DNA of 64,000 bases from Camelus ferus (Eukaryota). A program made the translations under genes and the position numbers. Positions within the stretch are counted from its first letter, which is position 1, and every line of letters begins with the position of its first letter. Shown here piece by piece: positions 1 to 12,130 of the stretch. Under the pieces are notes generated by a model. The model saw only the letters and a list, made by a program, of their open reading frames with translations, made no database searches and was not told the DNA's origin. Where the stretch lies: positions 61,816,001 through 61,880,000 of the forward strand of contig NC_045697.1 in the NCBI RefSeq assembly GCF_009834535.1, written 5' to 3'.

Positions 1-172
1 ATCTTTCAGAGTGAAACAGAAAACCAGGCAGCCAAATAGAAAACCAATTTATTATATTGCAAGCAGAGAAGTTATTTAACACATAAGTTACAAGGCTAAG
101 AGAATACAGAGATAACATTAAGTAAAACTAGAGATAATAACTGCATGACACAGTTACGATCCTCAGTATGGG

Positions 173-205
173 AAAACAAACAAACAAACAAACAAACAAA
201 CAAAA
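173..205 (+). repeat. (CAAA)n microsatellite
   Basis: aaacaaacaaac... run read directly. Confidence 0.95.
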
Positions 206-969
206 AGAGATAGGGTTCTAAGAACCCAGGACATGTAAAGGAGGGGCCTGGAGGAGTATGCTCAGACTTTTGTGGGGATCCCCATCTGTGCAGCTGTACT
301 TCTGAGGAGTCCCTGAGGCTGGTTCTGCGATTGTCAAAAGAACATGGAGACTAGGGAAAACTGCCACTGGTAGGACTAGTACAGAATGGAATGGGAAGAA
401 ACAGAGAAGTCCCTTCTCCCTCCTCCTACCTCCTGCTGATAAAACGTTCCAGAAAGCCATCTGGTAAAGCCATCTGAGAAATATTATTGGCAGGGGCCCC
501 AACTGCAGTATCACAGAGTAAGGGAAGGAGAATTTGTTGTTGTGGAATCTAGATAATAACTAGCTCAGGTGGCTACATTCAGAGATGGGACCGAAGATGT
601 GGGAGGGCTTAGCTTTTTCTGTGTTGTCTGAATCTTTTATAATAATGTATCTGCATGTTACTTGAAATTTAAAAATAAAAATGTGTAAAGGAAGCTTTAG
701 GTTGATTCTCAAATGAAGTACATTTATATTTGTCCAATACATTCATGAAAGGAATAAAATTGTTTCCTAAGAAAGGTACCATTTTCTTTCATACTATTGC
801 AGTGTCCAGCAGTGTTATACAGCATAAAGAAATTTCTGAATAATTCTAACTTAAAATAGAAACTTTTATATTCAAATATATTTTATGGTGAACAACTAAA
901 AATAAAAAATGTGAAGTCCCATTACCAAGAAATTTGCCAAAGGAATAGAAATTTGCTATGCATTGGTCA

Positions 970-1145
970 TGAGGAGATGAGGCCAAGACAGTCAGTCAAA
1001 AAGACCTGGCCTTGAATTTCTGCTTCACCACTAACTAGCAGTGAAGTTTTTGGGCAAGTCTCTGTTTTTCAAAGACTTAGTTTCCCCAAGTATAAAGTGA
1101 GGAAAAGATTTCCAGACGAAAATATGGAAGCATCTAAAGTGTGAA
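970..1145 (+). mobile_element. MIR SINE fragment
   Basis: agacctggccttgaatttctgcttcaccactaactagcagtga...gggcaagtc...agtttccccaagtataaagtgagg resembles the MIR core. Confidence 0.75.
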
Positions 1146-1799
1146 TAAATTAAATGGCTGTCATTAAAGAGAGCACAAAACATCAGAACTTCAGAAATCA
1201 TTAACTGGAAAAAGTTGAAAATATTCAAACAGGTAAAATTTTCACCAGGATGTATATTTCTCTAGATCTAGATTGATGTTACAGTTTTTCCTAAATTGAG
1301 TACACAAGTAGTGGCAATAGAGGATTTGTTCATCAGAGATTTGATACTATCATGTGAATTTGTCTAATCTATGGAAAGTACAAAATGCTGGATGCTACAC
1401 TGATCTCTGCCTGAGAAAAGCCTAGCTAGTTGGCTCACACAGTCGTAACCCCAAGACACCAAACACACACACAGAGGCAAAGTATGTTCTTGGCTTTGGG
1501 TCTGCCATTGCTATTTGCAGAGACTAGTCATGTTTGCCTGATTCCAAGACAACAGGAATTACTTCAGTCTTCGTTCAAATTTCATTTTGGATTGCTATAT
1601 ATCAAGTTTTCTGGCTTGCTGACATTGTTTTCCAGCCCTACACAATTCTGTCAACTTGTTTGAGGCTGGGTTTCAATTTGTCCATCCATTTTCTCTTTCA
1701 CTTTGTAGTTACTCATTGCATTTTCCAATACCTCACTTAGCCAGGGTATATATTCTTAACTATATCACTCTAAATACTGGTAAACCTAGGCATGAGTGT

Positions 1800-1910
1800 T
1801 GGTCATTCACCCATTCATTCATTAATTCAAATATTTATTATCTTCTATATATCAAGGCTTGACAATGAAATAAATAAGGCAAGATACTTGCCCTTAAAAA
1901 TCTCTAGAAA
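1800..1910 (-). mobile_element. L2 LINE 3' end fragment
   Basis: cattcattcattaattcaaatatttatt is the reverse complement of the L2 3' tail. Confidence 0.6.
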
Positions 1911-2198
1911 GGAAAACAAACACAGAAACATAAAATTAAAATATTGTAAAAAAAATTTTTTTTTAAAAAGCCCCTAAGAGGTAAGGAGGAGGAATAGATT
2001 CTTAGAGGAGCTCAATTTTATATTCAGGACAAATCCACAAATTTTAGCAGAATACGCTATACACTTCAGAATCTAAAGACATCCTTAGCTAATTTCTCAT
2101 TCTTCTAAAATCTTCATCATCCCCACTGGCTGTTGTTTGTGTGGCTATGTGTTTATATGTACCTGAAGGTGTCTTTCTGTGAAGTTGTTGTTGTTGTT

Positions 2199-2240
2199 GA
2201 GTTTATTGATGTTGTTGTGGAGTTTATTGATGTTGTTGTG
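2199..2240. repeat. 21-bp perfect tandem duplication beside a (GTT)n tract
   Basis: gagtttattgatgttgttgtg occurs twice in a row. Confidence 0.9.
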
Positions 2241-2486
2241 CTGTTTTGTTAATACTGTTCTTTGCTATATAGGCAGATTCAGCAACTTCTCCTTACTCTG
2301 TACTGCCAAAGAAGTCCTGGGTTATGTGAAAGCTTCCTTTGAATCAGATTGATGACCTTGGTCTCCAACTTGCAATCGACATACAGTTAGTAATTCACTG
2401 TACAGTACAATTCACAATACCTTTTTAAGACAAATGGTTTTCAGACAAACGGAATTTGAGACATGAAGCAGTTCAACAACCTAGTT

Positions 2487-2698
2487 CAGAGTTTCTCAAC
2501 CTCAGGACCACTGAAACTTTGAGCCAGGTAGTTCTTTGTCGTGGAAGGCTGTCCTGTGGAGGATGTTTAGCAGCATCTCTGGCTTCTACCCACTAGATGC
2601 CAGTGGCCCTCTGCCTTTCAAGTTGTGATCATCAAAAATGTCTCCAGAAATTGCCAACGTCCTTTCGAAGACAAACTAACTCCCAATTAATATTACTG
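2487..2698 (-). mobile_element. MER20 hAT-Charlie MITE
   Basis: cagagtttctcaacctc...ggctgtcctgtg...gatgtttagcagcatctctggcttctacccactagatgccagt matches the reverse complement of the MER20 consensus; ~212 bp. Confidence 0.9.
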
Positions 2699-2939
2699 TC
2701 TTAATTAAAGGAAATATTTCAGTAACTTTTAAATCAACTGTGACTTGCAGACTGTAGAGATATTTGAATAGTTCTGGCACTATTTGCTAGGACTTTTCAA
2801 TTCTTGACATGGTTCCCAATCATGAATGGATCTGAGATAAGGATACATACAAATAGCCATAATTAAGAGATTAAAGTGATAAATTACTGAGTATCTGAAA
2901 TTTGGCAGGAAGTGCAGCAGCTGATTTGCATGCTAGTAG

Positions 2940-3085
2940 TGTATACTGAGCAATTATTATGTGTCTAGTAAATAAATGTTTTACATTCATTATCTCATTT
3001 ACTCCTCACAACAACCCTACAATGTAGAGGCTATCTTTCTTCCATTGTTGCAGATAAAGAAACTGGGGCTAAGAAAGGTTAAACT
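2940..3085 (-). mobile_element. MIR SINE fragment
   Basis: ttatctcatttactcctcacaacaaccctac...gcagataaagaaactggggctaagaaaggttaa. Confidence 0.8.
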
Positions 3086-3089
3086 GGAA

Positions 3090-4900
3090 CTTTTAGTCAA
3101 AATGGCAGGCTGAACTGACATAGGACAACAATATCTTCTACTACTACAGAAACACAGAAATGCTAGATTCAGGGAAAAAATTTTTTTAATTTAAAATAAA
3201 TAGTAAAGATTCAAATCAAGAAATGTAATTCTACAGGTACCAGAAATGAAAAAGGAATACATGATGGTAACAGGATATTGAAATCAGATGGGTATAATGG
3301 AATTCTTTGTGTCTGAGGTCTTAATATTCCAACAGGAAATTGAAATTAGAGTCTCTGAATAAAGTCAGAAGTCAGGAAAATCCCCTTGGCAAAGCTCCAC
3401 CTACTAGGGACGTGAAATAAATATGAGTCATCTTATTCTGAGGTTTCTTTACCTCAAGAAATAAGGTTCTCCAGCCTACACCTATCAAATGTGTGCAATC
3501 AGAATTCTTTCATTGCTTGCATGGAGACCCTGTGCAAAAACTTTAACTTAAAAATATGCCCAGAATGAGTGAACATATAGAACTACATCAGAGGCAACCA
3601 CAAAATTATCAACAAGGTCACATCCATAAATCAAAGGAATAAAATGAAACCCCGAAAATAAATAGTACCATCAAAAGTGAGCTGACTAAAATTATAAAGC
3701 ATGTAAGAAAATGTTTTACATGGCCACATGGCTACAGAATTGCCATGACTAGTCAGCAGAAGTTGAAGAATCATCAATAACAGAAAAATCAAAAAGAGTC
3801 TTTTATAAAGACTAAAAATAGACTTACCATATGACCCAGTAATCCCACTCTTGGGCATATATCCAGAAGCAATCCTAATTCAAAAAGACACATGCACCCC
3901 AATGTTCATAGCAGCACTATTTACAATAGCCAAGACATGGAAACAGTCTAAATGTCCATCGACAGATGACTGGATAAAGAAGTTGTGGTATATTTATACA
4001 ATGGAATACTATTTAGCCATAAAAATGACAACATAATGCTATTTGCAACAACATGGATGTCCCTGGATAATGTCATTCTAAGTGAACTAAGCCAGAAAGA
4101 GAAAGAAAAATACCATATGATATCACTCATGTGTGGAATCTAAAAAAAAAAAAAGAAAAAGACGATGACAAATGAACTTAAATATAAAACAGAAATAGAC
4201 TCACAGACATAGAATACAAACTTGTGGCTGCCGGTGGGAGGGGAGTGGGAAAGGACAGACTGGGAGTTCAAGATTTGTAGATACTGAAAGGTATATATAG
4301 AATAGATAAACAAGTTTATACTGTATAGCACAGGGGAATATATATAAGATCTTGTAGTAGCTCACAGTGAAAAAGAATATGAATATATGTATATTCATGT
4401 ATGACTGAAAAATTGTGCTGTACACCAGAAATTGACACAACATTGTAAACTGACTATAACTCAATAAAAAAAAAGTTTTTTTTAGAGCAATGTAATTGTT
4501 ATTTTATAATATCCAATGCTGTGGGGAAAAAAACTCACAAGGAAAACAAAGAGTATTATTAAAGGAAGATCTGGAAAACAGATTAAAATTTTTTAAGGAA
4601 AATTACAGTCACTGAAATTAAAAAAAAAAAAATCTCAGTAGCTAAGATAAACAAAAGATTCTTCTGAGAAGAGAATCCTCGACTGGAAGATAGCTCTTTA
4701 GGAATCATCCAAAACAGTCTAGAGGGATACAGACAGAAAAATACGAGTGGTTAAGGGACATGGAAGATAGAAAAAGAAATTTCAACATAATTTAGTAGGC
4801 ATATTAGAGGGAGAAAAATGAAAGAACAGAAGAAAGTAAATATTTGAAAAGATGCTGTCTAAGAAATCTTCAGAACTGAAAAAAGGCATGGGAAAGTATA
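3090..4900 (+). mobile_element. Ancient degenerate L1 (5'/ORF1 region), interrupted by a younger L1
   Basis: A-rich; 4560-4890 resembles decayed L1 ORF1 (ctggaagatag...gacatggaagatag...aaatatttgaaaagat...cttcagaactga). Confidence 0.6.
3803..4474 (+). mobile_element. Younger 5'-truncated L1: ORF2 C-terminus, 3'UTR and poly(A)
   Basis: Translation LPYDPVIPLLGIYP...KDTCTPMFIAALFTIAKTWKQSKCPSTDDWIKKLWYIYTMEYY is the canonical L1 ORF2p C-terminus; ends caataaaaaaaaa. Confidence 0.95.
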
Positions 4901-5026
4901 GGTCATGAAAGGTATTAAGTTACTAAACCTGTATCTAATCACTGTACTACATACTATATCCTCACAAAAACTTATCATATTTAACTACCATTTATTTATC
5001 ATCTACTATTAGCAGGTCACTTACAT

Positions 5027-5228
5027 CAGTGCTTCTTAACAGGGGACAGTTTTGAATCCCAGAAGACATCTGGCAATGCCAGAGACAGTTACTGACTGTC
5101 ACAACTAGGGAGTGAGAATGGGGAGAAACCAGGGATACCACTAAACATCCTGCCACACACAGGACAGCCTTCACAAGGGAGAATTATCTGGCCCAAAACA
5201 TCAATAGTGCTAAGGCTGAGAAACCCTG
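5027..5228 (+). mobile_element. MER20 hAT-Charlie MITE with degenerate 8-bp TSD
   Basis: Termini cagtgcttcttaac...gctgagaaaccctg; flanks acttacat / ctttacat (6/8 match). Confidence 0.92.
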
Positions 5229-5244
5229 CTTTACATATACTGAC

Positions 5245-5400
5245 ACTAATACTCATAATCCAACAGTAGATATTATTTCTGATGAAGAGGTGAAAGGGTT
5301 TAAGTAACTTGCTCAAGGCCATGCAGCTAGGAAACAGTAGAGCTGAGATCCAAATCTATGTTGGTCTTACACCACAACCAACGGGCTTCAAACTGTACTT
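5245..5400 (-). mobile_element. MIR SINE fragment
   Basis: ttaagtaacttgctcaaggccatgcagctagga...agagctgagatccaaatc. Confidence 0.8.
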
Positions 5401-6262
5401 TTTACAGGAGTCCAGATCAACAAAGACTGCTACTGTGAATGTATAAAGTAGGTGCAGCAACGTAGAAAGCACAGGAACTGACCAGTGGTCAAACGACTGC
5501 TCTCCGACATGGTAGACTTACAGATGGGTCCACCAGTCTTGTTTCTCTTACCCCTCAACCTGCTTCAGCCTTGTGTGTATACATACCCCACAATGTGAGA
5601 GAGGTGGACACAGTGCTCTGCTCCTTTAAAATATGAATACCTATAATAAATGCTCACTACCACATCAATGCCACTGCTAATGTGCTTCCTGCTGGTGGCC
5701 TAAAATTTGGAACATACTGTGCTTACTCTCTGGGCCACCTAGACTTAAATCCACTTCTTAGTGAGACTACATTGTATAATGAGTATTTTTTATTCACATT
5801 CTTACATCAAAAGGGCCCTCCAGATGGTCTGTTTCTTGTTGGCTCAGCCCAAACACACATGCATAAATCATCAGCAAATTTGGTAATAGGACACAACATT
5901 TGGAATCAAAATGATCCAACTGACATAACCATGCTGTGTTTCCTAGCCATGATTTGATCTCTTAAATCATAGTGAAACTCATTTCAAAATAAAACATGTC
6001 TAAATATGCCATGTCAACCATATTCTAAAACTTAGATTCATGAACACTTTTCAATCAAACAAGTATTTTATTATTCTGTGTAGAAAGTCCATGTGTTATT
6101 GTCATAATGGATAGCTCACGATTCTCACAAGAACTCTAAGTTCTTTTCTTTTAAACTTAAAAATGTTCTTCTTAATTTGTGGGGCTGCTGAAATATTTTA
6201 AAAATCTTTTTCAAATGTAGTTTACCTTATTCCATAATTCTTATTACTGTTTTTAGACATGG

Positions 6263-6406
6263 GTTTCCTTGGAAACTGGACTTCTAATGGACTTTAGCCA
6301 CAAATAGGCTAAAAAATTGCCTTTATTCTTTTATCATTTCATTGTAATTAAATCTTCTATATGATGTGGCCTGTTCTCATGTATGGTATCTTGTTTCCAT
6401 GGTAAC
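6263..6406. promoter_or_regulatory. Pair of RFX X-box-like palindromes (candidate enhancer)
   Basis: GTTTCCTTGGAAAC (6263-6276) and GTTTCCATGGTAAC (6393-6406) against the consensus GTTNCCATGGNAAC. Confidence 0.45.
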
Positions 6407-7479
6407 TGAGATTTTTCTAACCATAGTTTCAAATGCCTTCACAGTATTTCTTGATTAACTCATGAGCCTGAAATTACATTTTGTAAACTTACATGTAGTG
6501 GAACTTATAAAGAAAAGCCTGCAAAAAATTATCTTGTTTTCTATTTCTTTGAGATTTGCTTTTGTTTTTATGATTCCTTTTCTTGATATGCTGCCCTCCT
6601 AGAGCAACATAATTTTGTACAGCTAGGAAAAGCAAATCCATGACTAGATTTAGCAAACCAGATCATTTTTGTGGTTGGATTGCCATCTACAGTTCTTAAG
6701 ACCCAGTGGCTGAGAGAAAAGAAGATCAACTATGATACTTCCATAAAATGGAAAAAGCAAAAAAGGATGTGAGTAGCAATTTTCATTATTTCTTTGCTAA
6801 TGTTTTTAATAATTTATTGATGTTGCTAATCTATCAATAAAAGAAATACCACACCCACAGTTTTTGCCGTCAACACTGGCCTTTGTTTATTCCAAGAATT
6901 TTAGAACAATTCAGAAGACCTGTAGTTACTGATCATACTCAGAATATTGGAGTAAAACTGTGAATGTATAAATTTCACTGCTGGGTTGACAGTACGATAA
7001 AATTAACAAAACTCTTATTCTTGCTATAGAGTAGTAACAAATAACAATGGACAAACCATATTTAGAACCATTCAGTTGTTCAATAAATATTTTGTCATCC
7101 ACCATAGCCAATACTACCTTAACCCAGACTTCAGCTGGTCTTAAATTCTAATAGCATTCAAGTTGACAAGCTCATGGCTTTAAAGATTCTCCTAGCCTGG
7201 GGTGCTGAAAGAGCTAAGTTCAAGTAATATCTACATGGAAAAGTTATTTCTGAAACCACAGACTGAGGTAATTCAAAACTAATGATATAAAAATGGGTGG
7301 ACGAGACCCTGTCTAGGATTAGACTGTCCTACTGAGTCTCATTTTATTAATACTATATTAGAACTTCAAGCCATAGAAGGATCAGATGCATGTTTTGCAT
7401 GATTGCCCTTATTCTCTGAATATATGGGTGTAACTAGTATGTGTTTCAGAGTCATTAATAAACTTAGAAATTCCCTGGG

Positions 7480-7700
7480 GTTCTAACTGTGGAGCCAGAT
7501 TGTGAGGAACCAGACTACTTAAGCAAGATATATTCTTTGGAAAGACCCTTAATCTTTTTAAATTCCAGGTTCATAACAGTAAAAAAGGGATAACAGGCTT
7601 ATAACAATTTACAAAGCTGTCATTATAAATAATGAGATAAAATAGGAAGATGAATTTTATAAACCATAAAAGTATGACACAAAGATTCAGCATTAATATT
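7480..7700 (+). mobile_element. MIR SINE fragment
   Basis: ggagccagattg...cttaatc...aaaaaagggataacagg...aatgagataa. Confidence 0.6.
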
Positions 7701-8489
7701 GTAAGATTACTGGTGATACATGGGGCAAACAGGGTTGACTCTGCCTAAGGTTTAATATGGGAAGCTAGGAGCTCTGCATTGAGGACTGAGGGAAGTTGGA
7801 ATTTAGGAGTGAATAAGCCTTGGTTCTGGCATCTGTAACCCCACTGCTCCTGCTGTTAGTGTATCTCATTCTTTGGTGGAGCCCCTGGGAGATGCTTGAA
7901 TCATTTCTGTGAAGGCCCACTAATGCTGTACAATATACCTCTTTAACTTCATTCTCTCTTCTGTGTCTGAGTGGACCTTTAAAGTTTAATGTTGCTGGTG
8001 TCAAGAAAAATGAAGATCCGAAGGAAAATTTGGTGAAGTTGGGTTCCTCCCCAGAGACTGAATAATTTAAAAAGAAAGAAAGAAAGAAAGAAAAAAAATT
8101 ACATAAATAAGAAAAATCTCCCTTGATTGGCAAATGGAAACCTATGCTTATCCTTTCATACATGTAAGCAATCTTTCAGAAATCCTTTAAAAAAAATAAA
8201 AAATCTTCTACCTCTCTGTTAATAACCTAATAAGGGACAAGAAGAAATATTCAACCCTGGAGACATTCAGCAAGAACTAGTAAGTAACAAAACTCACAAC
8301 GCTCAGTGGCCATTTTCTACCGTAACTTTCAGGGGGAAATCTGAAAGGAGATTTTTTTCCAAAGATAAAGCAATTCTGCAATGACAAAAAAAAAAAAAAA
8401 AAAGGAGGGAAAAATAGATAATAAAAAATTTAAACATTCAATTGGTTTCATTTAAAAATAATCGTTTCTGTTACCCTTCTGCAAAACTG

Positions 8490-8650
8490 TGGATGGACTT
8501 GAAGACTGAGAGGGGATAAGGGATCCTTCCAGGGAGAGAAAAATTATCTGTTTTGATCAGGGTGGGAGGGATGTTATAAAAATTCGTCCAGGTGTATGTC
8601 TAAGATTATATGTTACCTAAGTTACATCTCAATTTTTCAAAAATGGAAAA
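8490..8650 (+). mobile_element. Old L1 (L1ME-type) 3' end fragment
   Basis: gggatccttccaggg...tctgttttgatcagggtgg...taagttacatctcaatttttcaaaaa. Confidence 0.55.
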
Positions 8651-9114
8651 AAATAATTTTCCTATTCAGAAACACAGGATGTAAAACTGATCATGATGAG
8701 TCCATAGTTTATCTCAATGATTTGTTTTAAAAAGTAATGAAATGCCTTACATTTCCAAGGGAAAAAAAAAAGTGCTAGAAATCTACAACATAACCTTTGA
8801 TTTCCTAAAATACAATTGAGAGAATTATTCAATTTATTTGATTAAATCCATACAGAGAAGCTTCATCATTGAGCTGATGTATTTGTCTTTCACTGTAACA
8901 ATCAACTGACATATTTAGCTCTTTTTCTTCTCCAAGGATAACTTAAAAAAAAAAATGTGTATGAGTGTCTATGTCTACAACTGGAACCAGAAAGCAATCA
9001 CAGAGCCCAAAAGTCCTTGACTTTGCAGCAATGACAATGAGGTTTAGGGTAGGAGAAATGGACCTGAGTAGAGAAGTTCAGTAACTGATGAACAGAGGTG
9101 GGAAATATAGCCAG

Positions 9115-9152
<38 letters not shown>
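9115..9152 (+). repeat. Poly(A) tract, 38 nt
   Basis: Uninterrupted A run. Confidence 0.95.
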
Positions 9153-9154
<2 letters not shown>

Positions 9155-9934
9155 TCGGGGTGGAGTTTACTAAACAGGAAGCATGATTTTAAGGAAAGTC
9201 ACTAATCTTAAATGCTGTTGATGGTACTACAAACATAGGTTAAGGAAAGTTTATGGTCTTTTATGAACATGATTTGACCCTAAAACATTTTGTATTGGTA
9301 TAAACTAGATGAATAATGTTAGACTGCTTTTAATAGCAATAATCCATGCCTTAGACCTTAAAACAAAGAAATAAAAAACACAGCAATGTGTGCTAGAGAG
9401 AATATGTGTAAAGGCAAGCAGATTCCCAGAAAATGTCAGCACCTTGTATGATGAGCTCTGGCAGCCATCTCAGTGTTGACAATATGCTAGAGAGGGTAGG
9501 AACATAAATCAATCTACATTTGTTCTCACAGGGACTGGGAGCAGGAATTACTGTTTCTGAAACTTGAGCCAATATTGTCATGGCAGTATAAATGATGGAA
9601 ACTCTGCTGCTGTAGTTTGCTTCACCCACTGCATGAACCCCCTGGCAAACAGCACCCTGGAATTTCATTAATTAGCGCTAACTATGATTGGCACTGCCAG
9701 AGAGAACAATAAAACCACCACAGTGTTTTTATGAACATATGGGTGGCAGAGTCTCTAGCTGGGTAACATAAAATTTGTTTCCAACTTATTAAAGCTTATT
9801 TATCCTGCAAATAATTTACCTACTTTTGCCCTTTTAAAGCTAATTTATTATAATATTTTATTTTGCAGATTGAATTATTAAAGTAGAAATTGTGATTTTA
9901 AGTATAAAATTCAAATTATTGAAGAGCAAAGTAA

Positions 9935-10138
9935 ATTGTTTACTATGTCTGCAAGTCTGTTTCTGTTTTGTAAATGAGTTCATTAGTGTCCTTTTCTTTC
10001 TTTTTTTAGATTTCACATATGAGTGATACCATGTGGTATTTTTCTTTCTATTTCTGGCTTACTTCACTTAGAATGACAATCTCTAGGTCCATCCACATTT
10101 CTGCAAATGGCTTATTTTTTTCTTTTTTATGGCTGAGT
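9935..10138 (-). mobile_element. Internal L1 fragment (ORF2 end/3'UTR start), related to the 3803-4474 element
   Basis: Reverse complement aligns by eye to ~4010-4215 (gtcattctaagtgaa.taagccagaaa...gaaagaaaaatacca). Confidence 0.9.
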
Positions 10139-11709
10139 GTTGATAATTGTTTCACTTGATTGACACTGAATTGACATGTAACAGTTTTTAGTTGGCATTT
10201 TGGTGCTTCCTCTACACCTTTTAACTAAACAAACTACATGAAGTTTTCCATACAACATTCTTCCAAATAAGTTATTAATATAGGTTCCTTCATAAGTGAA
10301 GGGAAAGAGTCCATCAGACTTGCTCCCATCTGCCATGTTTATCACATTTGGTATTTTGGAATTTTTCTTATTTAATTTTTCTTTCAGCTGGGGAAATCAT
10401 TACAAGAAAAAGCTATATTTTCCCTCTCTTCATGTCAGTAAGCAAAACGGAGTTTATTGAACCTTTCTGGACAGGATTCATAAAAGTTTCCTCCCAGACA
10501 CTTGTCTATTCTATTAGAGAAATAAAAATAAATCATAAATTTCCAAACTTGTAGAATCAGGAGTCTAGAAGTCAGATGGATATCCAAATCATGCCAGCTC
10601 TTTATATATATCACTACAAAGGAAAAAAATATATTAAAATTAGAATCGCTAGAGCCCCTTTCTCTAGTAATTTCATGATTTTCTTGCCTCCAGATATTCC
10701 TCTATTAGCTGCCACATCAGCTATTTCTATCCTTCTTAATAATAAAAATAAATAAATAAATCCCTTTACTCATTTAAGCCTCTGAAGATCACAGCAGCAA
10801 GTAATATCTTCTGACGAGTCTCTCCCCCCACATCCCCCTTCCCTTGGGCACACAGATATGTGGGTTTGGGTACTGTATTTGGACAGAGAGTAAACCTGTG
10901 GGAGGACATTTCAGTTGATATTTTAATTTTAGAGGATACAAAAAAAAGAAAGAAAGAAAAGAAAAGAAAACAGCTACTTTTGAGTCACATTTGTTTAAGA
11001 CACTTCTCGATTCCACTGCATCAAGGATGCCACACACCCAACAGAATATCCCAGCTTGATCTCTATCTTAATTGAAACCAGGAACTTAAGGGCCTGCATT
11101 GGCATTTATATAGTAATGCCAAACAACCAGTAAAATAATAAATGTTCCAGCCATTGAGAGCAATATAGATCCAGATAAGTAACAATGAACCAGGCATTCA
11201 GTACAAGCAATCAGTAGGGAGCTACAAATTCAGAACACATTGTTTTTATTCCACCTTAAAATTGCTTTTAATGAACACTACTTTGTCTTTATAACTCCAG
11301 ACCACATTAAGGGACACTATAAGAACATCCTACAATATAGTCACTGTGGACATATCCTGGAAGATATGTCTACTGTCTCACACAGTATCCCTTTATAAGG
11401 ATTGATCACACACATTTCTCTAGGTCTCAGCTCAGGAAAATTGGGTGCCCAGAAGCAACAGGTTTTGTTTTTCTCATGGACACTGCAAAACTATAGAAAG
11501 GTGGTGCATGGTTAAGAGAAGTTTGTTTATCTATTTAAGATGGGATGGACTTGCTCTAGGTCACATGATGAAGGAAGAACAACTAGATATGGGAGAAAAA
11601 AAGGGAGATGGGACCAATAATCCATTCCAGGATGGGGCCAGGGCCGGGCGGAGTGTTAAATACTGAAGTTGTTTGTCTACCTTCTCCACTCATCCTTTCC
11701 ACTCTTGAG

Positions 11710-11945
11710 AGGTAATTTAGCACTCAGTTTGGGGCTTGGACTTTGGAGCCAGACCATTTAAGCCAATCCAGATCTATCACTTATTAGATAAATGACGTTA
11801 GGCAGGTTAATTAGCCTCAAGTTCCTCATCTTTAAAATGGAGGAAATAGTAACCTATTTTATAAATTGTTGTTCAAATAAGCCAGTATGTATACAATTGG
11901 AATAGCACCTAGAGCAGAGCAAATACTCAACAGTTTATCATCATC
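11710..11945 (+). mobile_element. MIR SINE
   Basis: ggactttggagccagacc...caagttcctcatctttaaaatgg...gcaaatactcaacag. Confidence 0.85.
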
Positions 11946-11999
11946 ATCGTTATCGTCTTTGCCTCAACTTAATCTTCTCAAGGAATGGGGTTTGGGATT

Positions 12000-12130
12000 A
12001 AATTTAATTCAGCAAAATTACTAAACATCTATTGGTCCCAAGCACTATAAGAGGGGATGAAAAGACAAAGATAAATCAATACCTGCTCTCAAGGTCCTCA
12101 AGGTCTAGTAAATAAATAATTGCACTGCAT
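12000..12130 (-). mobile_element. L2 3' fragment
   Basis: ttaattcagcaaaattactaaacatctatt...cctgctctcaagg. Confidence 0.55.
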
